Source: Thermoanaerobaculia bacterium (GTDB taxonomy: Bacteria; Acidobacteriota; Thermoanaerobaculia; Multivoradales; UBA5704). Taken from it: DNA of 64,000 nucleotides. Shown one piece after another: positions 50,852-59,840 of the stretch; position 1 is the stretch's first letter; every line of letters begins with the position of its first letter. Below the pieces are notes generated by a model. The model was not told the DNA's origin, searched no databases, and was given only the letters and a program-made list of their open reading frames with translations. The stretch is taken from NCBI GenBank assembly GCA_044226625.1, contig JBGAGQ010000010.1, forward strand, positions 69,813 through 133,812. Reading direction: 5' to 3'. A program made the position numbers and the translations under genes.

Positions 50852-52042
50852 ATGGCGAAAACACGATGGTTGGCAGTCTTCCTGCTCACGATGGCGATTC
50901 CCGTCGCGAGCCACGCCGTGCCGGTTCGGCTCACCGACGGATTGGTCGGGGAGTGGCATCTACAAACGATTTACTACCCAGGCTTGGAGCTCGCGCCGGA
51001 TACGAGCGGTTTCAATCAAACCGGCCGCGTCATCGGTCCGCGGGCCTCGTCGTACGGGTGGCTGTACTCGGGCGTGAACCTGATCGGTGACAAGTACATC
51101 ACCGTCAACAACTCGCCGCGTCTGAACTTCGGCAAAGGGAGCTTCACCCTGGCGGCCTGGATTCGCATGACCGACACCACCCGCGGGATCAAGACGATCA
51201 TCGAAAATCGCGGCACCGACGGCCGCGGATACTCCTTCGCCGTCTACGGCGGCAACCAGCTCCTGCTGCAGATGGCGGACGAGACGGGCTGGCTCAACTT
51301 CCACGCCGAGGATACCTGGTCGCTCGTGCCGAACCGCTGGCATCACGTCGCGGTGAGCGTGAACCGGACCTCGTGGCCATTCAACGTCACCTTTTACGTC
51401 GATGGCTTTCGCGCGGGTCTCGACTCGCCCAAAATGGGCAACATCGACAACACCAACCTCCCCTTCCTGATCGGCGGTCACAAGGACTGGTCGGGCGCTC
51501 GCTTCAGCGATCGAATCGACGAGGTGCTGGTCTACAACCGCGCGCTGCCGATGTGGGACATCTGGGCGATCATGAATCCGGGCCGCCCGAACTACAATCC
51601 GAGCTTCTGGAACAACAACAGCAAACGGAAGCGCAAGAACAACTGCTACAACTACACCAACAACAAGGCGACCGACACCTTCGCGCAGCCGGGTCGGGCT
51701 TCGGGAGCCCAGGCTCCGTACATGAGCTGCTTCTACGTCCATCAGGCGGCGATCGCCGACGGTCTCGTGCCGGTGCCCGATTACCCGAACACCTTGCTCG
51801 ACTGGAAGAGCGGCGCGGCGCTGGTCGTGGCGCCCGGCCGCGACTATCACTGGTATCGGCTCGGAAACGACGGCACTTGGTCGCACAAGCCCGGCCAAAC
51901 CTCGGCGACGAACCGCGACAACTCGGGCAACATCATCACCGACCCCCGCACCGCGAACCGCGGCATCTACACCGATTTCTGCGGCTTCTTCATGCTCTGG
52001 TCCGACATCGCGGAAGGGTACGGTCATGAAAACATCAACTAA
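50852..52042 (+). CDS. Secreted LamG-domain protein with C-terminal Cys/His domain
   Basis: Signal peptide; FTLAAWI, WHHVAVS, IDEVLVYNRAL; then NNCYNY, QPG, DYHWYR, WSHKPG. Confidence 0.85.
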   Translation: MAKTRWLAVFLLTMAIPVASHAVPVRLTDGLVGEWHLQTIYYPGLELAPDTSGFNQTGRVIGPRASSYGWLYSGVNLIGDKYITVNNSPRLNFGKGSFTLAAWIRMTDTTRGIKTIIENRGTDGRGYSFAVYGGNQLLLQMADETGWLNFHAEDTWSLVPNRWHHVAVSVNRTSWPFNVTFYVDGFRAGLDSPKMGNIDNTNLPFLIGGHKDWSGARFSDRIDEVLVYNRALPMWDIWAIMNPGRPNYNPSFWNNNSKRKRKNNCYNYTNNKATDTFAQPGRASGAQAPYMSCFYVHQAAIADGLVPVPDYPNTLLDWKSGAALVVAPGRDYHWYRLGNDGTWSHKPGQTSATNRDNSGNIITDPRTANRGIYTDFCGFFMLWSDIAEGYGHENIN

Positions 52043-52070
52043 CGCCCCACGCGGCGCCCGGGAGAACGAA

Positions 52071-52580
52071 ATGTCGAACCAGAAGAGTTTTTCGGCGGTC
52101 CGCGTCTTGGCCCTCGTGGGGCTGCTCTGCATCGTTGCGCTGCCAGTGTCCGCGCAGAAGGGCGGGATCATCGATCCTCCGCCCACGGCGGGATTGCAGG
52201 TGACGTTCCTCATTCACTCCGGTCTCGACAACCCGACCCTTACGCTCACCGATCCGGCCCAGGTCGCCGACCTGCAACATCGCATCGAAAGCGTTCGTCT
52301 GGACGGTGCCCGCGTCGACGGGGAGGCGCCCGAGCCGGTGCTCGGCTACAACGGAATCATGATCGAGGATTCGGCCAGCCTGGATGCCGAGGACGCCGTG
52401 TTCTACGTGATCAAGGACGGTTTGCTCCGAACCGACGGCGGTCTTCCCGATGACGCCGCCGCGCGGTCGATCCAAACTGCGGGAGACGCCTGGCAGATCG
52501 AGAACGACCTGATCGCCCTCGGCCTCGCGGCGGGCGCCATCGACGAGGCGACGCTGTCGGAGATTCGCTACATCCGCTGA
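52071..52580 (+). CDS. Secreted hypothetical protein
   Basis: GGAG RBS, signal peptide, SGLDNP and LGYNG motifs. Confidence 0.75.
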   Translation: MSNQKSFSAVRVLALVGLLCIVALPVSAQKGGIIDPPPTAGLQVTFLIHSGLDNPTLTLTDPAQVADLQHRIESVRLDGARVDGEAPEPVLGYNGIMIEDSASLDAEDAVFYVIKDGLLRTDGGLPDDAAARSIQTAGDAWQIENDLIALGLAAGAIDEATLSEIRYIR

Positions 52581-52660
52581 GGACGACGAGCTCTCAGGAC
52601 GACAGTCGACGAATTGCGGCGGCGGTTCGGCTAAGCCGAGCCGCCGCCAGCGGGTGAGAA

Positions 52661-52912
52661 TCAGCGGGTGACGGAGATGTCGCTGTCGGCGGTCACCGGT
52701 TCCTGCGGACAGGCGCAACCCCCGTGCAGGCAGGTAGAGCAGGTGTTGGTGCCGCACCCGCCGCAGGCGGTCGGCCCGTTCGTGCAGGTGCCGCAGTTGG
52801 TGGCATTGCAGCTGTTGGTGGCGCCCAGCGCAAGCCCGCCGTGGGCCGCGGAGACGGCCGGCTGGGTCAGATGGCGCAGAGTCTCCTTGTGAAGCCGGAG
52901 CTTGGTCTTCAT
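52661..52912 (-). CDS. RiPP (lanthipeptide-like) precursor, 83 aa
   Basis: Leader KLRLHKETLRHL...HGG; core with 9 Cys and many Thr/Ser. Confidence 0.75.
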   Translation of the reverse strand: MKTKLRLHKETLRHLTQPAVSAAHGGLALGATNSCNATNCGTCTNGPTACGGCGTNTCSTCLHGGCACPQEPVTADSDISVTR

Positions 52913-53121
52913 GGGGATGATCCCTTCCGAGTAGTTTGGCTCGGCGCGAAATCGCCGGGCCCGTTCGAGCGGGCGGAGGTTCCTTCAACCGCTCTCAAGG
53001 GTTTCCCTACGACGTTTCCGGTTCAGCGGATGAGCGCGAGCGGAAGGTTTGTTGCACAACAGAATCGTAGCGCTACAAATTGGTTGCGTATCGCGACTTC
53101 GGGCCCAAGTTAGGCGCGCGG

Positions 53122-54558
53122 TCAGCCTCGAGATGCAGTCAAAGCTTCGTCCATCGCCGTGCGGAGGTCGTTCAATCCCGCCTCGATCCGATCCCGGTGC
53201 GTACGGAACGACAGCACGCAGATCCGGATCGCGAAGGTCCCGTGGAGGTCGGTGCCCGAGAGGTACACCCGCCCTCTGGCGTTGATCCGTTCGAGGAGGG
53301 TTCGGTTCCATGCGTTCAGTGCTTCGCCTTCGACGCCCGGGGGACGATGACGGAAGGCGACGACGGAGAGCTGGGGCTCGGCGAGGATCTCGATGTCCGG
53401 GATCGCGCGCAGCTCTTCGGTTGCGTACCGAGTGAGCGCGAGCTTTTCTTCGAGGGCGGCGCGGAAGGCCTGGACGCCGTGGAGTTGGAGGGCGAGCCAG
53501 AGCCTCAAGCCTCGGAACGGCTTCGAGAGCTCCGGGCTGATCTCGCAGAAGTCGACGAGGTCGGGGTCGCTCTGGAGATTCGGCATGTAGGCGGCGCCCA
53601 CCGCGTGGGCGCGGCGGAGCGCTTCGCCGTCGCGGACCAGGAGGGCACCGAGGCCGTAGGGGAGGAAGAGCCCTTTGTGCGGATCGATCGCGAGCGAGTC
53701 GGCCCGCTCGATGCCGCGGAGAGCGGTCTTTCCATAATGGGTGAGCAGGAAGCAGGCGCCGTAGGCGCCGTCGACGTGAAGCCAGAGCCGCTCGCGCTCG
53801 GCGAGGTCGGCGAGATCAGCGAGCGGATCCACCGCGCCGGTGTTGGTGGTTCCCGCGCTCCCGACGAGAAGGAACGGCGTGAGGCCCACCGCGCGGTCCG
53901 CGGCGATTCGCTCGGCCACGATGTCGGGGCGCATCCGGTAGAGCGGATCGGTCGGGATCTCGCGCACCCGGTCGGGGGGAAAGCCCGCGAGAAGGGCCGC
54001 TTTCACCATCGAATGATGGACCTGGTCGGAGGCGTAGATCGTCCCCGAGAGGAAGTTCTCCGGCAGCCGCTCGCGGCGGGCGACGACCAGGGCGCTCCAG
54101 TTCGCGAGCGAGCCGCCGCTCGTGAAGAAGCCGCGCGCGGCCTTGGGGAATCCGGCGATCGAAGCGAGCCAGGCGAGGGCGTCCGCTTCGAGCTGGGCGA
54201 GCGCAGGGGCCGCGGCGAAAACTCCCGTGTAGCGGTTCGCCGTGTCGGCGATCAGGTCGGCAAGCGCCGCGGCGAACAGCCCGCCGCCGGGGATGTAGGC
54301 GAGGTAGCCGGGGCCGGCGGTGTTGAAGGTCTTCGGGATCGCCCGCTCGAACAGGAGATCGAGGATCTCCTCGAACGGCCGGCCGGCCTCCGGCATGGGC
54401 CCCGAGATTGCGCGGGCGAGATCGATCGCTCCGGCGACATCCGCGCTCGGTTGGTCGGGGAGAGACTCCAGGTGAGGCACGACGCGCGCCATCGCCGCCT
54501 CGACGAGGAGCCGCATCTCGTCGCCCGTGGGCTCGAGCGGATGGGGAGTGAGGGCCAT
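53122..54558 (-). CDS. Group II PLP-dependent (aromatic) amino acid decarboxylase
   Basis: TSGGSLAN, HHSMVKA, AGTTNTGAVD, LHVDGAYG, DPHK. Confidence 0.92.
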   Translation of the reverse strand: MALTPHPLEPTGDEMRLLVEAAMARVVPHLESLPDQPSADVAGAIDLARAISGPMPEAGRPFEEILDLLFERAIPKTFNTAGPGYLAYIPGGGLFAAALADLIADTANRYTGVFAAAPALAQLEADALAWLASIAGFPKAARGFFTSGGSLANWSALVVARRERLPENFLSGTIYASDQVHHSMVKAALLAGFPPDRVREIPTDPLYRMRPDIVAERIAADRAVGLTPFLLVGSAGTTNTGAVDPLADLADLAERERLWLHVDGAYGACFLLTHYGKTALRGIERADSLAIDPHKGLFLPYGLGALLVRDGEALRRAHAVGAAYMPNLQSDPDLVDFCEISPELSKPFRGLRLWLALQLHGVQAFRAALEEKLALTRYATEELRAIPDIEILAEPQLSVVAFRHRPPGVEGEALNAWNRTLLERINARGRVYLSGTDLHGTFAIRICVLSFRTHRDRIEAGLNDLRTAMDEALTASRG

Positions 54559-54567
54559 ACTCGAGAG

Positions 54568-54945
54568 TTAGTTCGCGGCCGGTGGGTCGACCGCTTTTTC
54601 GAGCAGCGCCTCGAACGGCACGATCTGGAGAGCGCCCTCGTGCGTTGCCGCGAGCACCACGCCCGGCGCACGGCCGGCGAGGTGCGCTTCAAGGAAGCGC
54701 GAGGCGCAAAGGCACCAGCGGTCGCCCGGCTGGAGGCCGGGAAAGCCGAATTCCGCCACGGGAGTGGTGAGGTCGTTGCCGCGTTCTGCCGAAAACGCGA
54801 GGAATTCTTCGGTTACGAGCGCGCAGACGGTGTGCGAACCGCGATCTTCCGGCCCCGTGTTGCAGCAGCCGTCGCGATAGAAACCGGTGAGGGGGGCGAG
54901 CGAGCAGTCTTCCAAGGGGCCGCCGACGACGTTTTTTGCGGGCAT
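54568..54945 (-). CDS. DUF2237 family protein
   Basis: TGFYRDGCC, HTVCA, GNDLTTP, GDRWCLCA. Confidence 0.92.
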   Translation of the reverse strand: MPAKNVVGGPLEDCSLAPLTGFYRDGCCNTGPEDRGSHTVCALVTEEFLAFSAERGNDLTTPVAEFGFPGLQPGDRWCLCASRFLEAHLAGRAPGVVLAATHEGALQIVPFEALLEKAVDPPAAN

Positions 54946-54998
54946 GCGGGTACCTCCTACGGCGCGGAGAGCGTATCCTTTTTGGCAGGAGGTGTCTC

Positions 54999-55397
54999 AT
55001 GCGGGAATCGTCCGTTGCGTTCGAAGCCGAGGCCAAAACCCCGTTCGCCGAAACCGTCGAAGCGTGCCGTAAAGCGCTCGCGCGGGAGGGGTTCGGCGTG
55101 CTCACCGAGATCGACGTCCAGGCGACGCTCAAGAAGAAGCTAGACGTCGATCGCGAGCCCTATCTGATCCTGGGAGCTTGCCATCCCCCCTCGGCGCACC
55201 GCGCCCTTTCGGCCGAGCCGGCGGTGGGGGTGCTGCTGCCCTGCAACGTCACAGTCTCGAGCGAAGGGGGCAAGACCATCGTCCGCGCCATGAACCCCAA
55301 GGCGGCGATGGGCATCCTCGCGAATCCGGAGGTCGAAACCGTCGCCGAAGAGGTAGCCGCCGCGCTCTCGCGCGTGGTGCAGGAGGTCGAGGGGTAA
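54999..55397 (+). CDS. DUF302 family protein
   Basis: GFGVLTEIDVQATLKKKL, ILGACHP, LLPCNV; AGGAGG RBS. Confidence 0.92.
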   Translation: MRESSVAFEAEAKTPFAETVEACRKALAREGFGVLTEIDVQATLKKKLDVDREPYLILGACHPPSAHRALSAEPAVGVLLPCNVTVSSEGGKTIVRAMNPKAAMGILANPEVETVAEEVAAALSRVVQEVEG

Positions 55398-55459
55398 GCA
55401 GGACGCCGCGGCCACCGCTTCTGCGGCGGCCGCGTCGAACCAGGATGGAAGTCGTTGCT

Positions 55460-55636
55460 CTACCAGCAGACGCTCACGTCGAGCGAGCAGATGCACTGCG
55501 ACAAGAGGGACTGGTCGCAGGCGCAACTCTGCTTCGCGCTCGGCGGGTAGGCGCCGTCGGCGAGCGCCACGGCGTCGTGCGCCAGGCGTTGGATCGTCTC
55601 GGCGTGCAAGGCGAGTTTCTTGGCTTTCTTCTGCAT
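55460..55636 (-). CDS. RiPP-like precursor, 58 aa
   Basis: AAGGAG RBS; MQKKAKKLALHAETIQRL...DGA / YPPSAKQSCACDQSLLSQCICSLDVSVCW. Confidence 0.72.
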   Translation of the reverse strand: MQKKAKKLALHAETIQRLAHDAVALADGAYPPSAKQSCACDQSLLSQCICSLDVSVCW

Positions 55637-55662
55637 GTCGATCTCCTTAGGGAAAGCCCGGT

Positions 55663-55818
55663 TCAACAAACGAGGCAGAGGGACACCACGTCGGTGACCA
55701 TGGTGCAGGCGAAGTAGAAGGTCGGCGGCGCCGCGCCTTCGACCTTCGCCGTTTCCGGGCCGGCGAGACGACGGAGCGTTTCGCTGTTCAGGTTCAGTTT
55801 TTTGCTGCGCTTCTCCAT
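55663..55818 (-). CDS. RiPP-like precursor, 51 aa
   Basis: GGAGG RBS; MEKRSKKLNLNSETLRRL...VEGA / APPTFYFACTMVTDVVSLCLVC. Confidence 0.72.
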   Translation of the reverse strand: MEKRSKKLNLNSETLRRLAGPETAKVEGAAPPTFYFACTMVTDVVSLCLVC

Positions 55819-55932
55819 GGTGTTTCCTCCATCGGGGTGCCGACATTGGCACGGCGGTCCGACCGGCTGGCGCTGGGCCCGCTGCCATCGATTCGGCACG
55901 GCGCTCGGCGTTTGATACCGGTCTGAGAGAGG

Positions 55933-55960
55933 AAGCGGAAAATCGGAGAAAACGGGCTCA
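55933..55960 (-). promoter_or_regulatory. Putative ECF promoter, motif B
   Basis: TGAGCCCG-N11-TTTCCGCTT upstream of the precursor pair; same motif at 56877. Confidence 0.6.
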
Positions 55961-55994
55961 CGCGCCGAGCAGGCCGGCGAGTGCCCGGGAAATT

Positions 55995-56831
55995 TCAAAT
56001 GTCTCCTCCGTCGGGCTCGGCATCGGCCGCCTCGGACTCCAGGCAGAGCCCACCCCCGCGGGAAACCTCGGCGACACAGCGGGGTTCCGGAATCCAATCG
56101 CCGCCTTGCCCACGGGCGAACAACAGAAGGTTGCTCTCTCCCTTCGGCATCTTGGAGCCCGAGGGGGCGAGGACCCACGGAGCGGCGAGGTTCAGCGCGA
56201 TCGGGAAGGGGATCGAGCGAGTCGGACCCCCTCCGGCCGCGGTCAACCGCAGCACCGCCGCCACGAAAAGCATGCCGCGGGAGCTGCCGGTTCGCGGGGA
56301 GAGAGGATCTTCGACCAGCACGATGTCGGAACTGGGTTGGGTAGTGCCGGGATCGAGCTCCAGGCGGTAGTTCCAGAGGCCGCATGAGGTGGGATAGGGG
56401 GTGGCGCCGACGAGGGCGAGACCGACCGGTTCGAGGCTCACCGGCACCTCGGCGCCGAGGTGGGCATGGCGCAGGACCCGGACCTCGAAACGGCGAAGGC
56501 CCGAGCCGCCTCCGTCCCCCTGGACGACGATGCCGCCCGCGAGATGAGTCGGCGGCAACGCGCCGCACAGCTCCAGCTCCAGGAGGCGGGGGTCCACCTT
56601 GAGCTCCGAAGTATCCGGGCCGGCGATGCGGAGCGAGACGGCTCCGGGATCGATTCCGCTCTCCGATCCGTGGGCGAAGAGCGCGTTCGGCAGCCCGACG
56701 AGGCACGCGATCGCCGCGACGAGATGAAGACCTGCGATCGACGCGATCGAAGGAATGGGGAGCCGGGCCAGGGTTCGGGGGGCGACGGGCGGGGTGGCAA
56801 GCTGCGGAGCCGAGCGAGACGCGTGGGTCAT
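55995..56831 (-). CDS. Secreted hypothetical protein, paralog of 49965..50702
   Basis: AGGAGG RBS, hydrophobic N-terminus, shared motifs (ELCG, TSCG, QPSS, APWVL, LCL). Confidence 0.75.
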   Translation of the reverse strand: MTHASRSAPQLATPPVAPRTLARLPIPSIASIAGLHLVAAIACLVGLPNALFAHGSESGIDPGAVSLRIAGPDTSELKVDPRLLELELCGALPPTHLAGGIVVQGDGGGSGLRRFEVRVLRHAHLGAEVPVSLEPVGLALVGATPYPTSCGLWNYRLELDPGTTQPSSDIVLVEDPLSPRTGSSRGMLFVAAVLRLTAAGGGPTRSIPFPIALNLAAPWVLAPSGSKMPKGESNLLLFARGQGGDWIPEPRCVAEVSRGGGLCLESEAADAEPDGGDI

Positions 56832-56876
56832 CGAAAATCCTCCTGTGTGGCGCGTGAGCCGAAGGCGCGAGAAAAC

Positions 56877-56904
56877 AAGCGGAAACCTTCGGATTTCGGG
56901 CTCA
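56877..56904 (-). promoter_or_regulatory. Putative ECF promoter, motif B
   Basis: TGAGCCCG-N11-TTTCCGCTT, 45 nt before ATG 56831. Confidence 0.6.
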
Positions 56905-56933
56905 CCGGTGGCCGCGGTTTTCGGGGTCGACCT

Positions 56934-59840
56934 CTATCTCTCGATGCGGTCCGGCGTTCCGGCTCCTCGGCGCGCGGCGAGCCGGTCGAGGCGTTGCATG
57001 CGCCGCTCGGCACGCAGGGTGTCGGCGTGCTCCGCGCCGCGCAGCGCGCGGATTCGATCGAGGCTCGCCGCTAGTAGCGGCCGGGCCTCCGAGAGCTGGC
57101 CCCGTTCGGCCAGGCAGGCGCCGAGGGCGTTCTCCACCAGGGCGATCCCGATGTGTCCCGGCGGCAGGCCGGCGACGCGGATCGCGAGAGCCCGGCGCAG
57201 CAGCGGCTCCGCCTCGTCCGGCCGGCCGCGGGCCACCAGTACGTTGCCCAGGCCGACCCGCGGCGTCGCGAGATCGACGTGGTCGGCGGGGAGTCGTCGG
57301 TCGCGGATCGCGAGCGCCTCGCGGTAGTTCCTTTCGGCTTCGGTGAGCTCTCCGCGGCGCTCGACCAGGGAGCCGAGCGTGACGAGAGAGACCGCGAGAT
57401 CGAGCGGTGGCGTCTCTGGCGACCGGCGGCGAATCGCGAGCGCCTCGCGGGCCAGCCGTTCGGCGCCCGCCGGGTCTCCCAGGTCTCGACGCGCGAGCGC
57501 CATCTGGTTCAGGCCGACGGCGACGTTCGGGTGGTCGGGGCCGTAAAGCGCCTTCAGAGCGGAGAGCGCCTCCTCATACAGGGGTTCCGCTTCGGCCGGG
57601 CGGCCGGCGGCCTGGAGCGCCGCGGCGAGGTTGTTGAGTGCGGTGGGCAGTTGAGGGGAGCGGCCTCCAGCAGCCCGCCGTTCGAGCGCGACCGCCTCGC
57701 GGTGCGAGGCCTCCGCCTCCGCGAGCAGGCCGAGCGCCATTTGCGCCGCGCCAAGATCGCTCCAGTTGCTCGCGATCTCCGGATGATCGGGCGGCAGCAG
57801 GCGGAGGCGAAGCTGGAGCGCTTCGCGCAGCAACCGCTCTGCCGTGGCGTAGCGCCCTTGGCCGTAGAAGGTACGGCCGAGGCTCGCGAGGTCTTCGGCC
57901 GCGAGCGGATGATCGGATCCGAGCTCCTTTCGGCGCAGCTCGCGGGCCTCGGCGAACAGCGCTTCGGCGGCCCGCAGGCGATTTCGGTCGAGCTCCACCG
58001 CGGCGAGGTGGGAGAGCGCCTCGGCGAGGTCGAGCGGCCGAGGGGGCCGAACGGCGCGGAAGGTCGCGACGGCCTGACCCAGCTCCGTCGCTGCGCGACC
58101 GATACGGCCCTCGGAAAGGTGGAGCAGGCCGAGGGCGTTCAGACACTCAGCCGCCTCCCAGGAATTGGCGCCTCGGAGCGGGCGGCGCAGGGCGAGCGCC
58201 TCCGCGAGACGCTCGCCGCTCGCGGCAAAGTCCCCCTCCTCGCGTAGCACGTGCCCGAGCGCGAGAAGCGTCTCGGCCCGAGCGAGAGCGGCGTGGTCCT
58301 CCCCTCCCGCCGGCCGGAGGGCGAGCGAGGTTTCGAGGCTCGATCGCGCCTCGGCGAGCGCGCCGAGGTTCCGGTAGACCACGCCGATCGCTTGGAGCAA
58401 GTCGGCACGCGTTTCAGGCTGACGGGCGAGCGCACGGAGGCTTGCTGGCAGCCAGCGGGGCGTGCGGGTGGGCTGCGTGGTGAGGAGGACGCTCCCGCGG
58501 TCGAGGATCTCCCGCGCGGTGATGGCTTCGCCTCGGCTCTGGCCAGGATCGGCGATCGCGAAGATGTCGGTGAGAAAGCCGGAGAGCGCCGCGGCCCGGC
58601 GTAGCTCCGCTTCTGCCCGGTCGCGGTCCCGGGCCGCGGCATATCCCTGCGCGAGGGCCGTAGCCACCAGAATGACGATCGCGAGCGAGGCCGCCGCGGC
58701 GAGTTTGTGCCGACGCATCGCACGGCCCAGCCGGTAGGTGAGCGTGGGACGCCGGGCGAGGACGGGGCGCCGTTCGAGGTGTCGCGCGAGGTCGTCGGCC
58801 AGCTCGTCGACCGAGCCGTAGCGACGGGCGGGTTCCGCTTCGAGCGCCTTGCCGACGATCGCTTCGAGATCGCCCGCGAGCGCTCGCGCGAGGCGGTTTC
58901 GATCGGGCGCGGCGAGGTCGTCCCGGAATTCGCGTGCGGCGCGGGAGAGCGCTGCGGCTGGAGTGCCGAGGGCTCGCGCGGCGGTGGACGGATCGCACCC
59001 CGCGAGCAGCTCGAACAGCAGAGCCCCGAGACCGTAGACGTCGGTCGCCGTGGTGATCGCCCCTCCGGCCAACTGCTCCGGGCTCGCGTAGTCGGGCGTG
59101 TGCGGCTGCCGGCCGGGCAGGGTGGCGCCGGAGTCGTCCGCGGTCAAGAGCTTCGCGATGCCGAAATCGATCACCTTGGGCACGCCCGCCTCGTCGACCA
59201 GGACGTTCGACGGCTTCAGATCGCGATGGACCACGAGGTTCCGGTGGGCCTGAGCGACCCCCGCGCAGACCGCGAGCACCAGCCGCAGCCGAGCTTCGAT
59301 CCCGAGACCGCGCTCTCGGCAGTAGCGCGTGATCGGCAGGCCCTCGATCCGTTCGAGCACGAAATAGGGACGGCCGTCGACGGTCGAACCGCCGTCGAGC
59401 AGACGGGCGACGTTCGGATGGGCGAGCCCGGCGAGGATCTGCCGCTCATGCTCGAAACGGCGCAGGATTTCCTCGGTGTCGAGGCCGCGCTTGACCAGCT
59501 TGATCGCGACCTCCTGCGCAAAGCCCCCCTCGTCGCGGCGGGCGAGGTAGACGGCCGCCATTCCCCCGCGGCCGAGCTCCCGGACGACGCGGTACGGCCC
59601 GATCCGCAGGCCTTCAACGGCCGTCTGCAGATCGCGGCCGGCCTCCGCGATCGCCGCGCGCGTCCCGTCCTCGAACGCCGCGGCCGCCGATTCGTGCGCG
59701 GCGATCAGGGCCAGCACCCGTTCGAGCAGGTCGGCGTCGCCCGCCGCGGCCTCGGCGCAGAAATCCTTGCGCCGCGCGGTGGGCTGGTCGAGGGCGCCGT
59801 GGAAGATCTCCTTGAGCCGCCGGAAGCGCTCAGCCTCCAT
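56934..59840 (-). CDS. Membrane Ser/Thr kinase with TPRs
   Basis: GRGGMA, VAIK, HRDLKPSN, DFG, YASPEQ, TM, DHP-type TPRs; paralog of 47022. Confidence 0.95.
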   Translation of the reverse strand: MEAERFRRLKEIFHGALDQPTARRKDFCAEAAAGDADLLERVLALIAAHESAAAAFEDGTRAAIAEAGRDLQTAVEGLRIGPYRVVRELGRGGMAAVYLARRDEGGFAQEVAIKLVKRGLDTEEILRRFEHERQILAGLAHPNVARLLDGGSTVDGRPYFVLERIEGLPITRYCRERGLGIEARLRLVLAVCAGVAQAHRNLVVHRDLKPSNVLVDEAGVPKVIDFGIAKLLTADDSGATLPGRQPHTPDYASPEQLAGGAITTATDVYGLGALLFELLAGCDPSTAARALGTPAAALSRAAREFRDDLAAPDRNRLARALAGDLEAIVGKALEAEPARRYGSVDELADDLARHLERRPVLARRPTLTYRLGRAMRRHKLAAAASLAIVILVATALAQGYAAARDRDRAEAELRRAAALSGFLTDIFAIADPGQSRGEAITAREILDRGSVLLTTQPTRTPRWLPASLRALARQPETRADLLQAIGVVYRNLGALAEARSSLETSLALRPAGGEDHAALARAETLLALGHVLREEGDFAASGERLAEALALRRPLRGANSWEAAECLNALGLLHLSEGRIGRAATELGQAVATFRAVRPPRPLDLAEALSHLAAVELDRNRLRAAEALFAEARELRRKELGSDHPLAAEDLASLGRTFYGQGRYATAERLLREALQLRLRLLPPDHPEIASNWSDLGAAQMALGLLAEAEASHREAVALERRAAGGRSPQLPTALNNLAAALQAAGRPAEAEPLYEEALSALKALYGPDHPNVAVGLNQMALARRDLGDPAGAERLAREALAIRRRSPETPPLDLAVSLVTLGSLVERRGELTEAERNYREALAIRDRRLPADHVDLATPRVGLGNVLVARGRPDEAEPLLRRALAIRVAGLPPGHIGIALVENALGACLAERGQLSEARPLLAASLDRIRALRGAEHADTLRAERRMQRLDRLAARRGAGTPDRIER

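Noticed and set aside
53122-55397. Decarboxylase, DUF2237 and DUF302 as RiPP tailoring genes
   Set aside because: Common stand-alone genes with no known role in modifying such precursors; linkage appears positional only
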